Of a stretch of 57,088 nt of DNA, positions 1 through 11,635 are shown piece by piece. The stretch comes from Girardia tigrina (lineage: Eukaryota): positions 36,059 through 93,146 of the forward strand of contig MQRK01243530.1 of assembly GCA_001938485.1 (NCBI GenBank). Reading direction: 5' to 3'. Within the stretch, counting starts at the first letter, position 1, and each line of letters begins with the position of its first letter. The translations under genes and the position numbers were made by a program. The notes below the pieces were generated by a model. It saw nothing but the letters and a program-made list of their open reading frames with translations. It was not told the origin of the DNA and ran no database searches.

Positions 1-853
1 GAGAAAACATATCGTTTTCTCAAATGGCAATTGATAGCTGCCAATGGTTGGTTTGCGAGAATGAGATGGATTGCATTTAGTGCATTTTTCTTAATTTTAA
101 GGAAAAGTGAAATAAAATTATTTTCATCCAATAATTTATTGGATAAATTTTATTTATTTTCGGCAACCTACCATATAGTGTACTTGCGTAGTGTATTTTG
201 TGACCTGATGATGGGATTTTTATTATCTCGAAACGCGTCGTCTTGTATTTATTCCTATTATATAGATTTTACTTTGCAATGTATATATATAATTATATAA
301 ATATATTTGCCTCAATCTCATTCGTAAGTAATTGTATCAAATGATAATTCGGTGACCAGATAATTGCGTACATAAAATTGGCGCAATGGACGATTGTGTA
401 AAGATTATTATGTTTTCATTTTTAATTATTATTAAATTATTGACGGTTTCAAATGAAATGATGGCACCTGTACACAGTTCAAATACTTCGCAAATTATGT
501 TTAATCACCAGTTAATCATATTTTTAAAATATGAAGCTAAAAATCAAAAGAAATAAAAAGATTCATTAATCATTCATTGAAAATTATTGATTATATTATT
601 TGCCAATGTCCTGAGAAACTTGAGTTTGTCCGTCCCTTTATTGCATCCATTGACTTGCATCTGTGAGAGTTTAGGGTTACAGTTTATTTCATATTAAATA
701 ATCAATTTTTTCAGTAAAAGAATTTTATGTACGCAATTGTTACGACACCGATAATTCAAAACGATAATCTAAATTAAAAATTTATTTGAATTGTCTCAAA
801 ATATTCTTCGGCAAAGAATAATTGATCGAATGTATTTCAATTGACGCAAATTT

Positions 854-1114
854 TTAATTGATATTTTTAACATTTTTATTTGATATTTTCTTAAATGTGT
901 TTCGGCAAATTTTGGTGAAATAAGAAAACGCACATTTTCTTTGTTGATATGGCGGGAAATCGCAGAGTTTTTCGCTCAACAATTTCTCGACTGCCGGACT
1001 GTTGTGATGGAGCGGTGTTTTTATTTTGCCTTTGTCAAACGGTAGAATTAATTCATCGGGTATTTCTGGCCATTTTGGAGTGATAGTTGAGAGTTTACGA
1101 CTCGTGATATTCAA
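854..1114 (-). other. Candidate exon of an unidentified minus-strand gene (LNITSRKLSTITPKWPEIPDELILPFDKGK...)
   Basis: Strong pyrimidine tract plus acceptor (ttttttctcttttcatcttttcttag) immediately before an 86-codon open frame in GC-richer sequence; no recognisable homology. Confidence 0.35.
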
Positions 1115-4100
1115 CTAAGAAAAGATGAAAAGAGAAAAAACGATCATTGGAAAGCAGTTTTACTTTAGAGAAATTAATAGTCGTTTTAAAAATTGTATTA
1201 AATACGTTTTTAAACATGTGCTTTTAATTGATTATTTAAACAATCGTAAATATAAATATCACTTATAATATTAACTAAAATAAATCATTTTTGTTTTTGA
1301 AGGAATGTTTTATACATTTCAAATTTTAGTTTTTTTTTGACATAATTAAGAGTAAAAGTTTTAGTAAATATTAAATAATCCCTATTTGTATACATCTGTT
1401 TTCATTTTAATAGGGCATTTTGTCATTTGTTTAGAGTCCCATATATAGAAATATGTATTAATGCATTTTGAAATTTTAATTTAATGTTGTAATTAAATAA
1501 TCAACAATTCTTTCTATTATTAATTATCGATATAGAATTAAATCTGTGATTATATAAATGGAAAACATGCGAATAGAAAGAAGCAAAAGCGTTCTCCATT
1601 GGTCGTTCCATAGAAAGCATAAATGCGAACTGGACTGCTGTTGGAAATGCAATTTAGATTCCGAGATTTCAGATGTTTACGATGACGAATGCATCAAAAA
1701 ACACGAACTACATAAAAAAGTCCGGCAATGTCATTCGGATTTCACTACATCGAAACCGCATATCACTAATCACTACAGAATAATTTTTGAATTTCTTCAC
1801 TTCGACTCACTTGAGATACTTTAGGGTTTTGTGTTGTGGGTGCCCAATATCGGCGAATCGCGTTTAGATAAATACCAATGAACTTCGTAAAAGAAAATAT
1901 CAAGTTTTGAATTCGAACAGAGAAACGCATCTCTGTTATTTGTTGTGCTCCCCTTTGAAACAACACTTTCATTGGCTCAGAGCTCCCATCCGTTTTTTGA
2001 GTTCAACGGCAACTCTGTCATAAACTCAATCAACTCCAACTCAATCTCGGGGTGCCAACAAGCCTCCTTTGCTCACATCAACAAGTTGTGTGTACATCGG
2101 AGCACCTTCGGGTTCTTGACCAGTACTGAGGACGACCAGACTGGTAATTCAGTTTCTGGAGGGGATGATTTTAATTTCGTTCTCACAATTCATCAAGTTT
2201 GATTTTATCTATTCATATCGGACAAAGATATCTAAGAGAAACAAGTGACGGTCAGCCCACGTGCCCCTGTGCATGCTATGGTCTATCTGCACCGTCTCTC
2301 TAAGCTCCTCGACTGAGTAGTGAGTTCATCATTACTTGTAATTATATCCGACTCGTGTTTATCACCTTGCAACTCGCTTATATTTTGGTGCTATAACTCT
2401 CACAACTCGACTTATGCTCGTGACAAACTAATATTTTATATACGTCAACTCACATTCTAATTGGCAGAAAATTATAGTCTCGGAGTGAATTTTAAAACTT
2501 GACTTTGATTTTATAAGTGTCAATTGAATTTTGAAATAACAATTTTACGTGGCATTTTTAATCTTTTAAATATTGAAAGACTTTAATTGGACACACATGA
2601 CTCTATCACTAAATGTCAGACCGTTCATTATCGTTGAAGGTTAAAAGAAATTTTTATTTTAGGCATCAAGCCGACAAGAATAATTTACAATTAATACGAA
2701 GAAATCGAGATTATTTTGTTTAAGATGATCGGTTTAAGATATTTATTATTCTGTCGACCAGAGCTGCTTCGATCATTATTTTCAACTGCATTTTTATTAT
2801 ACGACACCTTCATAGAGTCAACGCCACAATAGTTTACATTTCGACCGTGCGATTTTAATAGTCATCTCAAAACTATCTTTCGACTTCAATTTTATCCCTT
2901 CACCACAACATAATCATCACCGATTGTAATCCTGACGAGGACTGAGTCTCGTTCTCTCACAATAATTTGATATCATGTCGATTACATTTTATTCGTAGAG
3001 ACCAATTCGGCTCAAGTCTTTATCGATATATTTAAAATTCGGGATGTTCGTGTTAGGGGATCGTAAAATAAATTCTCTGATTATAAATAAAATTTTACTT
3101 TGGATTGCATTTAACCATAAACTTCCAATTCATAAAATCGACTTTAAAATCATAAGATTTATCAAATGAAATTGTAATTACAGAAATTATAAAACGAATT
3201 AAAAAATTAATTTAGAACGTCATTACGAAGAAAAATCATTAAATCTTTAAACAACTGTACAGTGGTTAAGTTAAATTAATTTTAAAATAATCCGAGACAA
3301 AATAAAATAATCAAAATTAAGTGTTTAAAAATAATCAAATATCAAAATATAGAATATAACAATAGATAAGACGACATTAATTAGACACATTATTTAAATC
3401 CAAAACTCTTTCAATCTTTAAAATAACGACATAAGATAAAATTTAATTAGATTATTCATAAAGTTATTGTTCCGAAATTATTTACAAAATATTTACACCA
3501 ATTTCGTCCGCACGACCCGACTACATATCAGAACCCAAGGACAGCTCCGCTCGGTCCTTTGGATACGGAGATGAACTGCGATCGTACTCCTGACACTCAA
3601 ATTCTATCGGCTCCGTCTCGATAAAACTTTTCCATTTCGCATCGCTCATGATAATATTGAATGACATTAACGAAACAAGTCAAATATATTAATGAGAACA
3701 ATAAAGGAAATTAAATATTTATTGGAGACCTAGTATTTCAATCAGTAAATGAAATTGCACCTTTAATTAATCACTAATTAAAAATATATACAATTTAGAA
3801 TCGTTAAACAAAATAATAGACTAAATCGACTAAATATACGAATAAGTAACAAATAAATCAAAATGAAACGGATACATTAAACTAGAGTAAGGACAATACC
3901 TCTTTGAGCTTCTCTCCTTCCAAATTCGTAATATGCGTATAACAAATAATATCGTAGCAAAATAAAGGTTGAAAGTTTGTCACCAAATTAGAATAATGTA
4001 TCGTAATGTAAGTGCACGATCGTAACAGTGAAAAATGAAATTTTTTACTTCGAAAATATACGCATAAAGAGAAAATGTGTTTTGTGTGTGCGCTTGTACA

Positions 4101-6160
4101 TAATTCGCGCAAGTATTTATATGAACATGATGTACATCTGTCTCTCGACATCCTGAATGTATTCTCGCAACAAGACAGGGTGGAGGGGGAACCAACACAA
4201 TTTGCAGATTATGGTATGACAGTATGTGCATCTCCCTCGGTATCTTGATTTTACTTTATTAGTGAATGATTTACTGATTGTTTGTCGAAGTCAGGAGAGA
4301 TAGAAAGGATGTTTATCAGGAGTCTACAATCGTACTGCAGTATTAAATCAACGAAAACAGGATAGGAGGGAATGGTGAACCGTCTGATTAACTAAGTTTA
4401 AGTTGTTTATTTATCGTTTATTCAGCTGCAGGTTGCCACCCAGGACGTCAGTGTCGTTTCAACCTACAATCGTGAATAATCATTCTCGGTAAAATTTTTA
4501 ATTAACTAATTAAGGATTTTTGACTAATACTTTCTGGTTTTTTGGGGTTTCACAACATTCTCCGATCGGTTCCAAATTCACAACCAATCTCAGGATTTGC
4601 TCACAGACCCCTCTGGAGTTCACCGCCTCGCTGGCGCACGGAAAGCACTTAAACGTAACCGAGAATAGTCGAGTTTGACTATTCCCGAACTCTACAACAA
4701 TTCTGGGCTCGTCGGTAGTGAAATGGACGGAAGGGGTCTAACGTGAGGTCTAAATGTCGGCCGTAACATATTATTAAATAAAATTTAATAAATATTTGCT
4801 TTTTATTGTCTGATTTTGCTTATTTTTTGTTTATTTTTGCATAAAAATGTTAAATAACGACTTGTTAAACACCAGATTTCCTTTTTTCTTGTGTTTCATC
4901 TTTATTTTTGTTTCTGGGTACTAAATTTCCATATTTTTATTTCAATTTGGAAAATATTTCTTAAAGAAATAAAATTTTTTTGTTAATTTTAATTTTAAAT
5001 TGCCCTATGAAAACGAAAAGAGCTCTATGATAATGCAAAAATATTGTGTATGCATATTAGTGTGTCTTTGAATTTTTTGGTGTGTTTGTGTATGTGTGTT
5101 TTAGCATGCATATTTATTTTTCATATATTATTGCCCTTTTAAAATGAATATGTTATATCAAATTGAAAAAATGGTTGAATTTCATTGGTCAGTTAGAATT
5201 TATATTGTTAGATTTTTAACTCTTATGTATAGAGTGGTATATTTAAGTGGCATAATGCCATATTAAGAAGAAAACGGGTGTAATGTTTGTTGCTAAATGT
5301 AGTAGCCATATATCTTTCATAAATATATTTTCATGGCAAAGAAAACAGGTTCTTGTAGCACTCCAATAATAGTCAATCTAGCTCACGAAACGCGATACAA
5401 TAATTTCAACTCCAAAGTTCTCTGCAATTCAAGTATGTATATAGGCAACAATTCGACCGTACAAAATTACAACTCTAAAGTTTCCAGTTTGACAAATTTT
5501 GCAATAGCTATCGACTTAAAATATGTACATAAGTATTCTGGACAAGTCGATGTCTGCTGATATCGAAAAAGGAACTCAACAAGCATATTTCTACATTGTT
5601 TTTAAGTGACGCATCCAAACGGATTACTAATCATTTGTTGGGTTACCTGGATTAGCCGAAACTGGAAATTCGTTTTACTGAGAACTTTTGTCGACGAATT
5701 TCCATCTCTTTACCGCTACTTATTCCACTTGCATCGCAAGATCTCCCGATGAATACTTAGTAACAGATTAAACAAGGAAATCAGTAGATGTACAACAAAT
5801 CTCATTTTACAATTTAGGCTCACTCATTTGGATTTGACCAGAGCCATACTTATTGTTCATTTGAGAAATCCGAATCTCAATCTATTTTATTCATATCCAC
5901 TGAATGATTTAACAATCGACTATAACAACCAGATGCTTATTGTTCTTATAAATAAATATTCCTCCTCTCTTTATTTATAGTTATTTAATAAAGTTAATGG
6001 AAGATGAAAATACATCCAATTTCTTTTTCCATTACATTAAACATCCATTAAATCGTTTCTTTTTAAAAGGTTTAAAAACCTGAATCAAATTAGTAAACAT
6101 TTGAACCACTATCGTTGAACATATGAGATTTAGAATTGTTGGGTATTATATTTCATTATG

Positions 6161-6164
<4 letters not shown>

Positions 6165-6197
<33 letters not shown>
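6165..6197. repeat. (TA)n microsatellite
   Basis: Seen directly; similar tracts at ~10947-10993, ~24425-24459 and ~44753-44776. Confidence 0.9.
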
Positions 6198-6202
<5 letters not shown>

Positions 6203-6638
6203 TAAAAAAGAAATCCATGTTTTTCTTTTATTTATGCTTTTATATATTTTTATTTACATCTAACATTTTTTTAATTATATTCTTTTTTGTAAATATATAA
6301 AATTATTATATTATTTATTTATATAAAAATAGTAAAAAAGATTAATATTAAATTAAAAAAAAGGTTGAACAGAAAATAAAATTATAAGTTTTAAATTAGA
6401 ATTAAAACAGATTGATTCCCGCAGCGCAAAGAGTATATTTAATATTATATTAAAAAGATTTTTAAAAAAATGTTAACACACCTAGCGTAAAGAGTAAAAT
6501 TTACATAAAGGAAGCAATAGAACACTACGCAAAAAACTTTAAACATTTTTAAGATTACTTGGTAAAAGAACATTTAATTTAAAGAAGATTTGCTATCTTG
6601 GAAAGATAAATCAACTAAAACTTGTCTAGAAGAAAATA

Positions 6639-7849
6639 TTAGGGGTACCCAAATGTTATGTCGTTTTTTATTGATTTTTAGAAACAAAAATAAAACCATA
6701 TAAAACATTTATTTAATCAGAAAAATAGTCCCCATCGCAATCGATGACCTTTTNNNNNNNNNNNNNNNNNNNNNNNTATGCCATTAGAAAAAAAGGATTC
6801 GTCCTTGGATTCGAAAAACTTCACCAGTCCATTTTGGACATCATCCATTGATAGGAATTTTTTACCCTGAAGATAATGTTGCAAAGATCTAAAGAGANNN
6901 NNNNNNNNNNNNNNNNNNNNNNNNNNNNNNNNNNNNNNNNNNNNNNNNNNNNNNNNNNNNNNNNNNNNNNNNNNNNNNNNNNNNNNNNNNNNNNNNNNNN
7001 NNNNNNNNNNNNNNNNNNNNNNNNNNNNNNNNNNNNNNNNNNNNNNNNNNNNNNNNNNNNNNNNNNNNNNNNNNNNNNNNNNNNNNNNNNNNNNNNNNNN
7101 NNNNNNNNNNNNNNNNNNNNNNNNNNNNNNNNNNNNNNNNNNNNNNNNNNNNNNNNNNNNNNNNNNNNNNNNNNNNNNNNNNNNNNNNNNNNNNNNNNNN
7201 NNNNNNNNNNNNNNNNNNNNNNNNNNNNNNNNNNNNNNNNNNNNNNNNNNNNNNNNNNNNNNNNNNNNNNNNNNNNNNNNNNNNNNNNNNNNNNNNNNNN
7301 NNNNNNNNNNNNNNNNNNNNNNNNNNNNNNNNNNNNNNNNNNNNNNNNNNNNNNNNNNNNNNNNNNNNNNNNNNNNNNNNNNNNNNNNNNNNNNNNNNNN
7401 NNNNNNNNNNNNNNNNNNNNNNNNNNNNNNNNNNNNNNNNNNNNNNNNNNNNNNNNNNNNNNNNNNNNNNNNNNNNNNNNNNNNNNNNNNNNNNNNNNNN
7501 NNNNNNNNNNNNNNNNNNNNNNNNNNNNNNNNNNNNNNNNNNNNNNNNNNNNNNNNNNNNNNNNNNNNNNNNNNNNNNNNNNNNNNNNNNNNNNNNNNNN
7601 NNNNNNNNNNNNNNNNNNNNNNNNNNNNNNNNNNNNNNNNNNNNNNNNNNNNNNNNNNNNNNNNNNNNNNNNNNNNNNNNNNNNNNNNNNNNNNNNNNNN
7701 NTTTATCTAAAAATAGGCACAAATCAAAGTTAATACACTAACTGAAATTAATAAATAAAAATGGTAGAGTCAAAATAATGTAGGCGGCAGTTAAACGATT
7801 TAGAAAAATATATCAAAAAAGAAACGACATAACATTTGGGTATCCCTAA
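6639..7849 (-). mobile_element. Mariner element, full-length by TIRs, interior mostly N
   Basis: TIRs ttaggggtacccaaatgttatgtcgttt / aaacgacataacatttgggtatccctaa with TA flanks; minus-strand C-terminus FRSLQHYLQGKKFLSMDDVQNGL...KVIDCDGDYFSD*. Confidence 0.92.
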
Positions 7850-9674
7850 TATATTTTAAAGAAATTTAGTGTTTTGGCTAAATCAATTGATATTTGGCTA
7901 TTGTTTATCCAGAAGGAAATTTAAATAACTCATTGACTACCATATGATACTTTACACAGTTTGGGGGACAAAACACAACGAATGCTTTAAAGCTTCTCTC
8001 CAAATTAATTATTAACATAGATTTTGATAATACAGGATTGTCAACTAAGTTTTTCCAATGCATTTGTCGTTGTATCTGAAGATCTATGACTGCTAAGAAA
8101 TCCAAATTTGGTGTGCATATTGTATGATTAATACACATTACAACTATCAAAAGTTTATTAATATTTGTTTCAGTTTACATAATAAAAAATGCAATAAATT
8201 AAAAAAATGTTTATTTTTTCTTGTTAAGCAGATTTTACAACTTTGACACCATTGTAGAAACTGGATTTATATATTTCTTGGATTTGGATTTTATATTTTG
8301 GATTATATATAATATTGGTTTGGAAAGAAACTATTTGTGCAGGTCTTATTGGTGTTTATGTGTAATATGTCATTATTAAAGCAGTTCTAACTCAGATATT
8401 ATCAACATATACAACATACACAATGGTTGGAATTTCATGGCTGTTGATTGTAAATAGCTAAACTTTTTATAATTCATCATCATAACAAAGATATTAATAC
8501 GTTAAAATTGACTGTGAAACAGTACAAGAAACACAAAAGTCGAGCTAATTCTAAACGAAGTAATAAAAGTGTACAATGTAAAACAAGTTCAGAGGATTCA
8601 TATAGTGATCCGAGTATCTCTCGTGATGATAAAAAAGGAAATAAAAATAATGAACCTGATATTCAAATGACAGCACAACCAAAGAATAAAAATGTGTATA
8701 TTATGAAAATCAGATACAAACAATAAATGAATGCGAAACACCAGCGGGAAGATTTTTCAACCCACCTACAAGTATTCATACTCTGTCTTCTTATCCATTT
8801 TTCAAATAAGAAGAAATGAAACCAATCAGTTCAGAATTGGGAACCTTTAAAGAGAGTGAAGAAAATATAGAAAAAAGAAAGCTTTGGTTAGTACCGAGCA
8901 ACTATGTTTTTATGAGTAAAGTAAAGTCAGGAAGGAGACCGACCTTAGCGGTATTATTTAAACTTTAAAATAAACACACACATAAATAAATAACATATTA
9001 AAAACCTTTAAAATAGAAAATTCATTATTTTTAGGAAAGGAAAATCATTAACAGAAGAAGATTATTATAAAATATTTTGGGACCCTCCATAGTTATATAT
9101 ACATTGTATTAGTCGGATGAATTTCGTAATTCAATTGAATAAAATTTTAAATTAAATTTACTTGAATTTTTACTGTTATCAATATTTTGAAATCAATCTA
9201 CGCGAGATTCATTTTGATTGAAACGTCAAGAGGGGGTTAATCAACTTGATATACTTAACATAAGTTGGAAGAACCTTTTGAAAAGGTGTCAGACAATTAC
9301 AATTTGCAAGTTTGTTTCATAGTAATTAAAGACAACTTTATTTCGATTACCCAACATATGTACCGCAAGGAGATACGAGATGTATTTAATTTTCAAAGCA
9401 GACAACTCCTACTATCTCTTACAATCTTTTAATATCATCGAGATATTTGATAAAGAATACATATGTGAGGTGGAAAACCACCCAACGGTACTTAAACGGT
9501 TAAAAATATATAATTTATGCACAATTTTCACAAGTTTATAATAATACGAAAATAATAATCCTTTTCCTTAAAAAATGATTTTAGGTAGACTATGGGACAA
9601 TTAATATCATCACAATCATCACTTAGAATAAATAACAACTATATTTATTTAATATTTAATAATACATTTATTAC

Positions 9675-10262
9675 CAGCGTTTTTGAGGTCAAATGCTGTC
9701 GGTGGGCTATACATTGGATAGTCAGAACATCTAGGGATGCAATCTTCAAACAGGTAAGGAATCCACGGTAGTAACCAATCATAGAAGGTGTTCATTCATC
9801 GCACAAGCGATAATGTTCTCCATTTGGAGATTATTCTTATCGAAGAATTCTGTAACAGTATTAAAGATTGATTTTCCTGTTGTGTCAGTTATTAAATTCT
9901 TCACAAACAACATCTCTTCCTAAATACTTCCATCATCATCGAAGTATCGCTCCTAAGTCAACATCAAAGCGGTACCTTCTTGAAGAGTTAATTATTCTAA
10001 TTACAAGGCAATTTTTTGTTTTTAATTTTTTTACAAATTGCTCTTCAACATCAGTAGCCATCTCATCAATACGACGCTGAATAAAAGAATTACTCAGAGT
10101 AATCGCCTTCAAGACTTCCTCTGGATTCTTGTGTATCACATTGGGGATGAACTCTTCTAAGATAGGAAGAATGGGTTTTTCTCCAATCGTGTATAATTTT
10201 TCATTTTTTGATATGAGTTCTGCAATATTATTAGAAGCAATAAGACCTTGATATCGTTCTTT
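9675..10262 (-). mobile_element. Decayed hAT (Buster/Charlie, ZBED5/SCAND3-like) transposase fragment
   Basis: YTIGEKPILP...LKAITLSNSFIQRRIDEMATDVE and IGYYRGFL...TIQCIAHRQHL motifs; frameshifted. Confidence 0.85.
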
Positions 10263-10943
10263 TTCTTGAAAATATTAGGGACTGTGTTGCGTCCGTTGTT
10301 CTATTCAAGTAGTGCTTTGAAAAACACCTTTGATTCATTCTTTTTGTCCTAGTGTGTTCTGCCCGACATTCAGGTTGCCTCGAGAATCGGACGGATGTAA
10401 CAGGGTTGCGCAGGGAACCTTTCTCGATGTGTTGGGCCCATTTTAATTTGATCCGACTAATGGGATTATTCATATTGTTATTCTCCAATCTCATACAAAT
10501 GGCAATTAATGATCATTTGGCATTGACCAATCGATTGATCATTTCGTGAGGAAGCACAAATGAAATATCGAAATCTTGACACGAAAATGTCTCGTATTGC
10601 AAGAGTGCCAGACACAGTTGTACGAGGGCCGACAATTGCATTTCTTCAGCACCACATCGAAGCCAATCAAAATCTCCAAAAGAAAAAATAAGGCAAATGA
10701 ATCGATTTTAATTTCAAATTTTCATCTTTTAATCTCATTTAATCTAATAAAACAAATTCATCTTTTTCACATAATCCAATTAATTTCTTAATAAAAAATA
10801 ATTTTAATAATAATAGTTTTTGTAAATAATAGTTTTTTTTCCAATCTTTTCAAATTCATTTTTTTATAAAAACACTATCAGAATCACAAAAAAGGTTTTT
10901 TTCTCAGTTTTTAAAGGCAAATGAGGAAAGCGCAGGATCCATT

Positions 10944-10994
<51 letters not shown>

Positions 10995-11029
10995 CTTAAT
11001 TAATTTGTAATATCAATAAGTAAAATAAT

Positions 11030-11200
11030 TGAATCCCGAACATAGTGCTTTGAATTTAGGTGTTCACGAAAACGATTCAGTTTCATGGCTTCGCTTGAAA
11101 AACTTTGATGGCAAAGAAGATACATAGAAAGTCTTTTATCAATGAGAAATTCCAAAAAAAACCAAATGCTAAATAACCCAGTAAATATATTCTGCATAAC
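11030..11200 (-). mobile_element. hAT BED-finger fragment
   Basis: LLCHQSFSSEAMKLNRFREHLNSKH resembles C..C...FSNEAMKPSRL.EHL..KH. Confidence 0.75.
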
Positions 11201-11469
11201 TTATTTTGTTCAATTTTATTGCAGAAATTGAATCTTTAAGAAGTAGCATTGTCACTCTCTTGAATGTATTTTGAGCCTAGTGTAAGCAGGTCTTAAAATT
11301 GTACTGATTATTAAATAAATAATAAGATAAATACAAACTTTTATTAATGGAATGTGACAACTTCAATGATACTGACTTTTTATTAAAAATTATTAATGTG
11401 ATGGATATTCGATTAACTTTTTTTGAATTTATTACCAGATTAATAGTATATAAACAATAATAATTATTA

Positions 11470-11635
11470 CAGGGTTTTCCATATTAATATTAACCACATT
11501 TCATTATTATTAACTTGATATATATTAATATTAATTTGAAATATTGTTAGTATTAATTTGAAATATAGTTAATATTAATATAAAATATGGTTAATATTAT
11601 TGTAATATGGTTAATATTTATATAAAAAAACCCTG
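11470..11635. mobile_element. Tc1/mariner-type MITE (166 bp)
   Basis: TA|cagggttttccatattaatattaacca ... tggttaatatttatataaaaaaaccctg|TA; interior made of AT sub-repeats. Confidence 0.75.

Noticed and set aside
31-300. 89-aa ORF at the window start
   Set aside because: TTG start, low-complexity F/L/I/Y composition typical of AT-rich noncoding DNA, no motif.
1558-1824. ORF MENMRIERSKSVLHWSF... as the PPP6R N-terminus
   Set aside because: A much better first exon (MMYWRPNVDSSKVEALL) with a phase-compatible donor exists at 13268.
2932-2956. ctgacga-ggac-tga-gtctc as a hammerhead core
   Set aside because: No GAAA after the putative stem II and no stem I/III.
8508-8726. 72-aa K/S/N-rich ORF
   Set aside because: No start or splice context and no recognisable domain; probably TE debris.
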